In this document: positions 17,731 through 25,752 of the stretch, piece after piece
How positions within the stretch are numbered: position 1 is the stretch's first letter
How the letters are laid out: every line of letters begins with the position of its first letter
Assembly (NCBI GenBank): GCA_919902485.1
Contig: CAKKRB010000023.1
Coordinates: 1-48,312, forward strand
Reading direction: 5' to 3'
Length of the DNA stretch: 48,312 nucleotides
Source of the DNA: Omnitrophica bacterium GWA2_41_15
Lineage (GTDB): Bacteria; Omnitrophota; Gorgyraeia; Gorgyraeales; Gorgyraeaceae
Position numbers and translations under genes: made by a program
Notes under the pieces: model-generated
What the model was told of the DNA's origin: nothing
What the model saw: only the letters and a program-made list of their open reading frames with translations
The model's database searches: none

Positions 17731-18734
17731 GGGACTTCTATCTGGTCAAATACCTTCTTTATAATATCTTCACTCGTCATCTCTTCTGCCTCTGCCTCGT
17801 AAGTAAGAATAACGCGATGCCTTAATATATCCATACCCACTGCCTTTATATCCTCAGGAGTTACATATCCTCTTCTGCGGACAAATGCATGCGCCTTAGA
17901 GGCTATATTAAGGTATATGGATGCTCGGGGAGATGCGCCGTAAGCAATGAAATTCTTTATGTCGAGTTTATACTCTTCCGGAGTGCGGGTTGCATAAATG
18001 ATATTTACTATGTAATCCTTGATCTTTTCATCCATATATATCTCATTTACAACCTCTCTTGCCTTTATGATATCCTGCGGAGAAACAATAGCCCTCACTT
18101 CACTCGGGTTATGGCCTGCCATGCGCTCCATTATTTCTTTCTCTTCTTTTTTATCAGGATAATCAATTTTTATCTTGAGCATGAATCTATCTATCTGCGC
18201 TTCAGGCAGAGGATATGTTCCTTCCTGTTCTATCGGGTTTTGAGTAGCCAGGACTAAAAATGGTTCTTCTAATAGAAACGTGTTTTCTCCAATGGTGACC
18301 TGCCTCTCCTGCATAGCTTCAAGAAGCGCGCTCTGAACCTTTGCAGGGGCCCTGTTGATTTCATCTGCTAATATAAGATTTGAGAAAATCGGGCCTTTTT
18401 TGGTAGTAAATGCCCCATCCTTTGGATTATAAACAAGCGTGCCTATTAAATCTGCTGGTAATAAATCAGGAGTGAATTGAATGCGCTGGAATTTTGTCTG
18501 TATGCATCTGGAAAGTGTTTTAACAGCAAGCGTTTTTGCAAGGCCTGGAACACCTTCTATCAATATATGGCCGTTTGCGAGCAATGCTATTAGGAGCCTG
18601 TCCACAAGATAACGCTGGCCCACTATTACTCTGGATAATTCCTGGGTAATCTGCTGGATAAATAAACCGGACTCTTTTACTTTTTCGCTTATCTGTTTTA
18701 TGTCCTGGCCGTACTTAGGACTAAAATCTGTCAT
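17727..18734 (-). CDS. moxR: MoxR-family AAA+ ATPase
   Basis: Walker A GVPGLAKT, Walker B LILADEINRA, and ..ATQNPIEQEGTYPLPEAQIDRF.. (AAA_3). Confidence 0.9.
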   Translation of the reverse strand: MTDFSPKYGQDIKQISEKVKESGLFIQQITQELSRVIVGQRYLVDRLLIALLANGHILIEGVPGLAKTLAVKTLSRCIQTKFQRIQFTPDLLPADLIGTLVYNPKDGAFTTKKGPIFSNLILADEINRAPAKVQSALLEAMQERQVTIGENTFLLEEPFLVLATQNPIEQEGTYPLPEAQIDRFMLKIKIDYPDKKEEKEIMERMAGHNPSEVRAIVSPQDIIKAREVVNEIYMDEKIKDYIVNIIYATRTPEEYKLDIKNFIAYGASPRASIYLNIASKAHAFVRRRGYVTPEDIKAVGMDILRHRVILTYEAEAEEMTSEDIIKKVFDQIEVP

Positions 18735-18745
18735 ATATACACCTC

Positions 18746-19588
18746 CTATTGAATTGTCATATTTTCTAATCTCTTTACCCTTTCTCTTATCGGCGGATGT
18801 GTGCTGAAAAGCGCTGCAATAGCATTAGCTCTTAAAGGATTTACAATAAATAGATGCGCCGTAGCCTGATTCGCATCCATAGGATAGACCTTATTCCCTT
18901 TTTCCAATTTCAAAAGCGCATGGCTAAGACCCGTCGGCGTGCCTGCTATTAAAGCGCCTCTCTTGTCAGCAGCGTATTCTCTGGATCTTGATATCGCAAG
19001 CTGTATGAGCATGGCTGCTATGGGAGCAACTATCAGCATAACCAGCATGGCTATAGCATTGCCCTCTCTGTCCCTGTCACTTCTCCCTCCGAATACAGCT
19101 GCCCATCTTGCCATGTTTGCAATCATTGTAATCGCGCCTGCAATCGTAGCTGCTACAGTCATTATCAAAGTATCCCTGTTTTTTATATGTGAAAGTTCAT
19201 GGGCTATCACGCCTTTTAATTCTTCGCGGGCAAGAAGATTCAATATACCCTGTGTCACGCATACCGCGGCATGTTCAGGTGAACGGCCTGTTGCAAAAGC
19301 ATTGGGCGCGTTCTGCGGAGTTATGTATACCTTTGGCATTGGAATTTTCGCAGAATCCGCAAGCTCTTTTACTATATTATAAAGCTCGGGCACCTCATTT
19401 ATATCCGCTTCTTTTGCGCCATACATCTTAAGGATTATCTTATCGCTGAACCAGTATGATGCAATATTCATAACAAAGGCAAATATAAACGCATACAATG
19501 CGCCCTGCTGGCCGCCGAAATAACCTCCTATAAATATAAAAAGCATAGTCAACAAGACCAGCAATACTCCTGTCTTAAAATAATTCAT
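18746..19588 (-). CDS. htpX: M48 zinc metalloprotease HtpX
   Basis: HELSH (HEXXH) motif, four TM segments, and GGAGGTG SD. Confidence 0.9.
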   Translation of the reverse strand: MNYFKTGVLLVLLTMLFIFIGGYFGGQQGALYAFIFAFVMNIASYWFSDKIILKMYGAKEADINEVPELYNIVKELADSAKIPMPKVYITPQNAPNAFATGRSPEHAAVCVTQGILNLLAREELKGVIAHELSHIKNRDTLIMTVAATIAGAITMIANMARWAAVFGGRSDRDREGNAIAMLVMLIVAPIAAMLIQLAISRSREYAADKRGALIAGTPTGLSHALLKLEKGNKVYPMDANQATAHLFIVNPLRANAIAALFSTHPPIRERVKRLENMTIQ

Positions 19589-19617
19589 ACATCCCCACCT
19601 CCGCGGGCAAACAACAT

Positions 19618-19658
19618 AAATGAAGAGAGCCCCAACGCTACAGGGCTCTTCTTCATTT
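19618..19658 (-). terminator. hairpin terminator after the small membrane-protein gene (T-rich on both sides)
   Basis: AAATGAAGAGAGCCC..GGGCTCTTCTTCATTT forms a ~15-bp stem with one bulge. T-rich tracts follow on both strands. Confidence 0.55.
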
Positions 19659-19677
19659 AATTTTATTCTGTTTTAAC

Positions 19678-19899
19678 CTACTTTTTCTCTTCTTTACTCT
19701 TGGTTTCTTCTTTTTTAGCCTGCATGCAATCCTTTATCTCGCTTACGCCTGCAAAAAGCGCTGCAAGGCCTCCCAGAATCAATATAGCAGGAACAGAACC
19801 TTTTAATAGTATCACAAAGCTATACCACCAGGTTATGAGCCCCCATATGCCCAGAATAATGCTTATTAGTCCGCCAAGCACTGTTATGTATTTTCCCAT
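19678..19899 (-). CDS. small two-TM membrane protein with Lys/Glu-rich tail
   Basis: 73 aa, two hydrophobic helices, AAGGAGGA SD, its own promoter and terminator. I recognise no family. Confidence 0.5.
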   Translation of the reverse strand: MGKYITVLGGLISIILGIWGLITWWYSFVILLKGSVPAILILGGLAALFAGVSEIKDCMQAKKEETKSKEEKK

Positions 19900-19936
19900 T
19901 TTTTTCCTCCTTCTTTCTTAATTTTAATTATACTAA

Positions 19937-19965
19937 CTTATAACATTTAAAAGCCGGTTTGTCAA
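19937..19965 (-). promoter_or_regulatory. sigma70-type promoter candidate
   Basis: Minus strand: TTGACA (19965..19960), 17-nt spacer, TATAAG (19942..19937). Confidence 0.5.
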
Positions 19966-19969
19966 TACC

Positions 19970-20548
19970 TTATAAATGCTTGCCAAGCAGATTCCAGGTT
20001 TTCGGTCCTACTACTCCGTCAGGCACAAGGCCTTTGGACTTCTGAAAATCCTTTATTGCCTGCCTGGTCCTTGGCCCCATCTTCCCATCAATCTTGCCAG
20101 GATCAAAGCCCGCATTCTTTAAAGCAGTCTGTATATCTTTCCCGGCAGGCTTGAACTCTGCCTTAGCCCCTGCCTTTTCCTTTGATTCCTTTACCTTCAG
20201 CGCGTAATCCTTTTTAGATTCAAGTATTTCTTTAGCCCTCCTTGAATCCTCCAGCTGGGTCAAAGTGGTTTTATCAATGTAGCCTGTGCTTTTAAGGCCT
20301 ATTGATTCCTGAAATGCCTTTATGGCATCGCGGGTTTCTTTGCCCATCCTGCCGTCAGTATTGCCGGGTTCATAACCTTCGCTTTTAAGTATTACCTGCA
20401 CCTCTTCAACCTTTGGGTTAATTATATCAGTGCTTCCTATAAGCTTTTCCTCTTCCCTCTGGTACTGGACTGATTTGGGCACAATATTGCACCCATAGAA
20501 AGATATCAGAACCAATGCAGCTAAAATAATGTTTTTGCCTATTCTCAT
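19970..20548 (-). CDS. lipoprotein with two peptidoglycan-binding (PG_binding_1) repeats
   Basis: Lipobox ..ISFYGC. Two repeats of G(Y/F)(E/D)PG..DG.MG..TR.AIK.FQ...GL...G. Confidence 0.75.
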   Translation of the reverse strand: MRIGKNIILAALVLISFYGCNIVPKSVQYQREEEKLIGSTDIINPKVEEVQVILKSEGYEPGNTDGRMGKETRDAIKAFQESIGLKSTGYIDKTTLTQLEDSRRAKEILESKKDYALKVKESKEKAGAKAEFKPAGKDIQTALKNAGFDPGKIDGKMGPRTRQAIKDFQKSKGLVPDGVVGPKTWNLLGKHL

Positions 20549-20628
20549 ATTTATTCCCCTTTTGCCGCTTTTTGGTATTATATCAAAAAATAAATGTAAA
20601 GTGAAGACATTAATGGTAAAATTGTTTT

Positions 20629-21945
20629 ATGCTGAAACAAATAATTCCGAACAATATTTGCCTTTCCTGCGATGTGTGCTGCAGATTCCTGGATAAAAAT
20701 GCAGCACTTAGGCCTCTTTTTCTGCCGCATGAGATAACTTCTAAAATAAAACCGCACCTGGATAAAACATCCAGTGTAGAATTAAAAGAATTTCAGAATA
20801 TGTACACCTGTCCCTTCTTTAATACAAAAAGCAATAAATGCGCCATATATTCAAAAAGGCCTTTTGACTGCCAGCTTTACCCGTTTGCTGTAATGTTTGA
20901 CGAAAAACATGAAAAGGTTGTCCTTGGCATTGATAAAAAATGCCCATTTGCTATAAATCCTGAAAATACGCGACTAATAAAAGAAAACTTCCATTATCTA
21001 GTTGATCTGCTGGAAAAGAAAGAAAATGCCTCCCTGATAGTTAAAAATCCTTCATTCATAAGTAATTTTCAGGGAGAAGTGATTCAATTCTCCTGCCTGG
21101 ATACGCTTACAAAAATGCTTATTAATAATCCTGAAAAAAATGGATTTAAAAAAATCTCCTTAAAGGATAAACCGGTATTTACACCTTTTCCACCCCGTAG
21201 GTGGCCGAAGGCCACCTACGGGGTGGAAAAGTATCCTGACTCAAGCCAGAATTTTATAAATCTCTTTATATGGAAAGACAAAAACCCTGTTTGGTGGAAG
21301 TATACCCATTCTGATCGGCGATCGGAGCCAGGTTCATTAGAAATCCTATTAGAAACAGACTCCGGATATATAGATTTTAATTCCCTCAAAAAATTTCCTG
21401 ATTATATTTATCTCCAAAAAAACCTGGCTGGCCTTATGGGAAACAGGTATAAACACAAAAGGGCGTGCTGTAATTACTTTTCAAAGAATTACAAGTTTGA
21501 ATATCTAGCGTACAAACAGAACATGAAAAAAGACTGCATGAAACTTTTTTCGAAATGGGCTTCTGAAAGAAAAAAGAAATTTCCAGACCTCTATTACCAC
21601 AAACTCCTGGAGGATAGCTTTTCAGCGCATAAACTCGCTATAGAGAATTATAAAGCCCTTGGCCTGATAGGACGTGTTATAAAAATAAGAGACAGGATCT
21701 GCGCCTATACCTTTGGCTTTCCCCTCTCCCTCATTGAGGGAGAGGGAAGGGTGAGGGAGCCTATGTTCTGCGTGCTGCTGGAAGTCTGTGATTTGAAATT
21801 CAAAGGTATCGCGGAATTTATATTCAGGGAATTCTGCAGGGAATTAAGCAGCTACAAATATATCAACACTATGGACGACTCAGGCCTTGAAAACCTGCGC
21901 ATCTCCAAACTCTCCTATCACCCTGATTATCCCCAGCAGATGTGA
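20629..21945 (+). CDS. fusion protein: YkgJ-type CxxCxxCC cysteine-cluster domain + DUF2156 (lysyl-PG-synthase C-terminal-like) domain
   Basis: N-terminus CLSCDVCCRF...CPFF...CAIY..RPFDCQLYPF is the YkgJ/UPF0153 pattern. The C-terminal half (..NRYKHKRACCNYFSKNYKFEY.., ..INTMDDSGLENLRISKLSYHP) resembles DUF2156. The ORF carries three palindromic inserts. Confidence 0.5.
   Translation: MLKQIIPNNICLSCDVCCRFLDKNAALRPLFLPHEITSKIKPHLDKTSSVELKEFQNMYTCPFFNTKSNKCAIYSKRPFDCQLYPFAVMFDEKHEKVVLGIDKKCPFAINPENTRLIKENFHYLVDLLEKKENASLIVKNPSFISNFQGEVIQFSCLDTLTKMLINNPEKNGFKKISLKDKPVFTPFPPRRWPKATYGVEKYPDSSQNFINLFIWKDKNPVWWKYTHSDRRSEPGSLEILLETDSGYIDFNSLKKFPDYIYLQKNLAGLMGNRYKHKRACCNYFSKNYKFEYLAYKQNMKKDCMKLFSKWASERKKKFPDLYYHKLLEDSFSAHKLAIENYKALGLIGRVIKIRDRICAYTFGFPLSLIEGEGRVREPMFCVLLEVCDLKFKGIAEFIFREFCRELSSYKYINTMDDSGLENLRISKLSYHPDYPQQM
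21186..21230. repeat. 45-nt perfect hairpin inside the CDS
   Basis: TTTTCCACCCCGTAGGTGGCC-gaa-GGCCACCTACGGGGTGGAAAA has 21-bp arms. It spans 15 codons and reads FPPRRWPKATYGVEK. Confidence 0.95.
21722..21759. repeat. CCTCTCCC/GGTGAGGG-type GC-rich palindromic element inside the CDS
   Basis: CCCTCTCCCTCAtTGAGGGAGAGGGAAGGGTGAGGGAG is related to the era insert at 37807..37860. It reads PLSLIEGEGRVRE. Confidence 0.8.
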
Positions 21946-24900
21946 TCGAAATCGCAATTGCCGCATTTATCTTTATCGCGCTCAGGAAGTTTTTCAAAAT
22001 GAAGAGTCTGGATATTTTTCCAGGCATTCTTTATTATATTGACCATTTCATCTACCATTTCTTCTTTTAGCTCTATTTTAAATTCTGTCGGCTCGCCTTG
22101 TTTTATCCCGTATTTTATTAAATCCTTTTGGGCTGGCTCTACAAATACAAGCACTCCATGGTTTACAATCATATTTTTATCCTGCCTGGTTTTGTCTCTT
22201 TCATATAAAAGCTTATAGCACACCAGCTGCCTCAAATAATCGTCGCATTCTTCGCTTTCAAGGCTTTTTGGCTCAAAGATGCCTTTAGCGTGTTTATTCG
22301 GCTGGCCTGTTTTATAATCAACCACTCTGACAAGATTATTTTTCTCGTCTTCCAATTCTAACTTGTCGTATTTCCCGGTAAAGACAATGCCGTCTATATT
22401 TACAGGCATCCTGTTTTCAAGCCCGATTGGTTTTATAGGCTTTTTGGAAATCCTTTCGTAATATTTTTTCAGGCCCTCAAATTGTTCCCTGCATCTTAAT
22501 TCTATAGCCTTCTCAGGCCCCTGGAATTTCAATGCCTCTATAAATCTTTCCTTGAAAAACTGGAAATCAGGAAACCTCTTTGTCTTGATGTATTCCCTGT
22601 ATAAACCTTCCAGCCCTGCGTGCACTGCGTTGCCGAACATAAGGCTTTGTTTTTTCGCAGAAGGAAGCATCAGCGCGTTATCATAAAGAAATTTCCGCCT
22701 GCACCTTAGATAATTATCCAGGCTCGTAGGATTCAAAGGCATATTCTTAATAATGTCAGTCAGAACCTCTTTTGTGCCGATAAAAGGCTCCATAAGGTTT
22801 GTTTTTTCAAGAAAACTTACCAGGATATCCTCTTCTTTTAAATCAGGCATTTTTGATTTTATGCCAAGCCTGTGTAAAAACGCGCTTGAAACCACGCTCT
22901 CGTCAGGGCTCGCGGTAAATATAATATTGCTCCTGGCCCTTGATACAGCTACATAAAAAAGCCTTGTCTCGTCGTAAAACCTTAGCTCCTTTATCCTTTC
23001 TTTATTGTCAACTCTCTCCGCGTTTTTGGCCAGGCCAGGAGGAAGCGGGATCGTATCAGGCCTTGGCTTTATAGGCCAGCTTTTATCCTGTAAACAGAAC
23101 GGGATTATAACACTGTGAAACTCCTGGCCTTTGGAACCATGCGCTGTAAAGATCCTGACCCCATCCTGAGTCATTGTTACAAGCTGGCCTTCCAGCGCCA
23201 TGCCATGCTCATTCCTTGTCCTTATCTCCTCTACAAAATCCTTTAATGTTATGCCTGGTTTTGATATGTCTGAACTCTTTACCATATTTATAAAAGACGA
23301 AAGCGCCCTTAATTCCCTGATTTTCATAACATCATCCTTATCGTATTTCTCCAGGATATATTTATAGATCCCTGCGTCTTCAATATATTCCATCAGGATT
23401 GTATGCGCCGGCTTAAATTGCGAATTCTCTATAAGTTTTTTTATCGTAGCCCCTGCATTTTTCAGGCTCCCTGATAAATCTTCTGAATTCAAGAGTTCCA
23501 GCAATATCTTCGCATCTTCTTTGTTTCTTTTCTTCTTATTTACTCTGGCTATCAGGCCCAATGTATCCTTTAGCGGAATTTTAAAATAATCCGCTATGAG
23601 TATTTTATATAAAACCCTGTCCCTGTCTTCATAATTTTCCGGATCCAGGCTTGCGAGCTCCAGCACATCCAGCATCTGCCTGACCCGCGGTTCAGGCCTC
23701 ATATCCTCTTTGCCGTCAGTTGCATACGGGATGCCTGCCTGTAAAAATTTGTCTATTATCCTCAATATCAAATCTCTCTTCCTGACTAAAATAGCTATAT
23801 TATTGTAAGGGTTTTCTTTTTCTTCCAGGCTAAGGTCTTTTGAAGATTCAATCTGATGTTTGAACTCCTTTACCTTTTTCACAATAAAACCCAGTTCCTC
23901 CGCCTCTTGCGTGAATTCATAGTAGTCTATTGATTTTTTCTTAAAATCCGTTACATTTATAAGCTCTTTATCGCCTGTTCTTTCATTCTCAGGCACCTCT
24001 TTTATTAAGGACCGGGCAAGGCCTATTATCTCTTTTGTTGAGCGGTAATTATTCTTCAAAGATATTATTTCCAAGTTTTTGAATTTCTTTTTAAGCTCCT
24101 TAAAATTACCTACGCTAGCGCCCTGGAACCTGTATATCGACTGGTCATCGTCTCCAACACAGCATACATTAGGATTATCCGGCTTGAGTATGGAAAACAA
24201 TAATTTCAATTGCGCGCCGTTTGTATCCTGGAATTCATCCACCATGAAAAACTGATACTGGTCCTGGTATTTTTTCTTTAAAACCGGCTCGTTGTTAACC
24301 GCGTGGATGGCCATCATAATCATGTCGTCATAATCATATCTGCCCCGTTCGTCAAAAACCTCTTTGTTCCCGCTTGCCTTAAGTTTTTCATACTGGTCAT
24401 AGATAATGGCCAGCGCTTTTATCCTTGGAATATGCTTTTCCTCTATATAAGCGCTGTCCGGCTTTAATGTCTTTACATGTTCCAGGAATTCTTCAGGGCT
24501 CACGCCTTCCCTTTTAAGATCGCTTATCCTTTTTTGTATCTCTCTCTCGTAATTATACGGGGCGTTAAAAGGCCTTATTTCAGAAATACCCTGAGTATGG
24601 TCCAGGATATATTCTATTGCTCTTACCTGCTCTATGTCTTCAATCTGTATCCTCTCCTGGATATAGTTAGCTGCCTCTTCGGAATCCAAAAGGATTGAGT
24701 TTGCAAAACTATGGAATGTCGCGACATATACATCATAGCCTTTAAATCCGATAATCTTTGCAAGGCGCTCTTTCATTGTCTTGGCTGCGGCATTTGTGTA
24801 GGTAAGTATCAGGATATTTTCAGGAAGGGCCTTTTTCTGGCGTATTATATTCGCTGCCCGCACAGAAAGTATCTGCGTCTTGCCTGTACCAGGCCCTGCC

Positions 24901-24986
24901 AGAACCAGCACAGGGCCTTCAATGGTATCTACGGCCTTTTTCTGTTCTATATTTAACTCTTTGTAGAATTTCCCGAAGTTTTCCAT
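21927..24986 (-). CDS. UvrD/PcrA-type SF1 helicase fused to a C-terminal Cas4/AddB-like PD-(D/E)XK nuclease with a 4-Cys cluster
   Basis: Helicase motifs are intact: AGPGTGKT, LTYTNAAAKTM, VDEFQDTN, GDDDQSIYRFQGA, TAHGSKGQEF, LFYVAVSRAR. The nuclease domain shows ..YLRCRRKF.., VVDYKTG, QLVCYKLLY and CGNCDFDHIC. The start is set at ATG 24986 (MENFGKF..); the track's TTG at 25016 lies inside the palindrome. Confidence 0.8.
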   Translation of the reverse strand: MENFGKFYKELNIEQKKAVDTIEGPVLVLAGPGTGKTQILSVRAANIIRQKKALPENILILTYTNAAAKTMKERLAKIIGFKGYDVYVATFHSFANSILLDSEEAANYIQERIQIEDIEQVRAIEYILDHTQGISEIRPFNAPYNYEREIQKRISDLKREGVSPEEFLEHVKTLKPDSAYIEEKHIPRIKALAIIYDQYEKLKASGNKEVFDERGRYDYDDMIMMAIHAVNNEPVLKKKYQDQYQFFMVDEFQDTNGAQLKLLFSILKPDNPNVCCVGDDDQSIYRFQGASVGNFKELKKKFKNLEIISLKNNYRSTKEIIGLARSLIKEVPENERTGDKELINVTDFKKKSIDYYEFTQEAEELGFIVKKVKEFKHQIESSKDLSLEEKENPYNNIAILVRKRDLILRIIDKFLQAGIPYATDGKEDMRPEPRVRQMLDVLELASLDPENYEDRDRVLYKILIADYFKIPLKDTLGLIARVNKKKRNKEDAKILLELLNSEDLSGSLKNAGATIKKLIENSQFKPAHTILMEYIEDAGIYKYILEKYDKDDVMKIRELRALSSFINMVKSSDISKPGITLKDFVEEIRTRNEHGMALEGQLVTMTQDGVRIFTAHGSKGQEFHSVIIPFCLQDKSWPIKPRPDTIPLPPGLAKNAERVDNKERIKELRFYDETRLFYVAVSRARSNIIFTASPDESVVSSAFLHRLGIKSKMPDLKEEDILVSFLEKTNLMEPFIGTKEVLTDIIKNMPLNPTSLDNYLRCRRKFLYDNALMLPSAKKQSLMFGNAVHAGLEGLYREYIKTKRFPDFQFFKERFIEALKFQGPEKAIELRCREQFEGLKKYYERISKKPIKPIGLENRMPVNIDGIVFTGKYDKLELEDEKNNLVRVVDYKTGQPNKHAKGIFEPKSLESEECDDYLRQLVCYKLLYERDKTRQDKNMIVNHGVLVFVEPAQKDLIKYGIKQGEPTEFKIELKEEMVDEMVNIIKNAWKNIQTLHFEKLPERDKDKCGNCDFDHICWG

Positions 24987-24998
24987 CTTTATAGTTTC

Positions 24999-25041
24999 CG
25001 TTATTTCACAAAACAAGTCATACTCGTTTTGTGAAATAACG
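24999..25041. repeat. TTCACAAAACGAGT-type palindrome, copy B (intercistronic)
   Basis: CGTTATTTCACAAAACAAGT-cat-ACTCGTTTTGTGAAATAACG has 20-bp arms with one mismatch (25015/25025). It lies 6 nt after the upstream stop and 12 nt before ATG 24986. Confidence 0.95.
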
Positions 25042-25047
25042 CCTCTG

Positions 25048-25614
25048 TTAAATTTCTTTGCCTATGGAAAATGCGCGGCCCAAACATTTACCTATGCCAT
25101 GATACGTATAGACTTCAGGGTCATATAAAATAGGCTTTATCTTCTCTATGTCAGGCAGGCCATCTTTTCCAAGCGCATTCTCATCGCACTTCACATCTAA
25201 TATCTCACCTATAAACTGGGTATGCAGGCCTATTTCAATGGTATTAATAACCCTGCATTCTAAAATCAGAGGAAACTCTTTTATATAAGGCGCATCTACA
25301 AGCCCGCTCTTTACAGGAGACAGGCCTGTTTTTAAAAACTTATCTTCGTTTTTACCTGATACTATCCCAAAATAATCAGCCTCTTTAATGTATTTTTCAG
25401 AAGTTACATTGACTGTAAATGCTTTTTTATCCATTATATTTCCGTAGGAATAAGCTGCCTTTCTTAAAGATATGCCCACGCATGGCGGCTTAGAACAGGT
25501 AACCCCTCCCCAGGCAACTGCGCAAGCATTTGCCTTCCCATTTTTATCATATGTTCCTATAATCCACACGGGCGTGGTAAAAACAAGGGCCTTGGCCCCC
25601 AATGATTTTTTCAT
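25048..25614 (-). CDS. flavin reductase-like FMN-binding protein
   Basis: 188 aa. ..VFTTPVWIIGTYDKNGKANACAVAWGG.. is the split-barrel flavin reductase pattern. Confidence 0.7.
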   Translation of the reverse strand: MKKSLGAKALVFTTPVWIIGTYDKNGKANACAVAWGGVTCSKPPCVGISLRKAAYSYGNIMDKKAFTVNVTSEKYIKEADYFGIVSGKNEDKFLKTGLSPVKSGLVDAPYIKEFPLILECRVINTIEIGLHTQFIGEILDVKCDENALGKDGLPDIEKIKPILYDPEVYTYHGIGKCLGRAFSIGKEI

Positions 25615-25678
25615 ATAAACCCCTTTCTCTGTTGCAGCATATTATAACACTCTTATCCAAAGACGTCTACCAGGCTAT

Positions 25679-25707
25679 TTGACATATCCTGGATTATTGA
25701 ATATACT
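25679..25707 (+). promoter_or_regulatory. sigma70-type promoter candidate for the NSS transporter
   Basis: TTGACA (25679..25684), 17-nt spacer, TATACT (25702..25707). The predicted TSS, ~25714/25715, is the first base of the palindrome. Confidence 0.55.
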
Positions 25708-25714
25708 ATTTATT

Positions 25715-25743
25715 GTAGGGGAGGGTTTTAAACCCTCCCCTAC
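25715..25743. repeat. GTAGGG-type 29-nt perfect palindrome, intergenic copy
   Basis: Identical to 9250..9278. It ends 9 nt before the ATG at 25753. Confidence 0.95.
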
Positions 25744-25752
25744 ACAATCTAT

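Noticed and set aside
24987-25016. N-terminal extensions in the ORF track: helicase from TTG 25016, flavoprotein from 45473, rubrerythrin from 46073, fprA from 47345, GH5 from 43333, dcd from 8760, era from 37126.
   Set aside because: The extensions run into palindromic repeats or into the upstream gene and lack an RBS. Internal starts give canonical family N-termini and have an SD or stop/start coupling.
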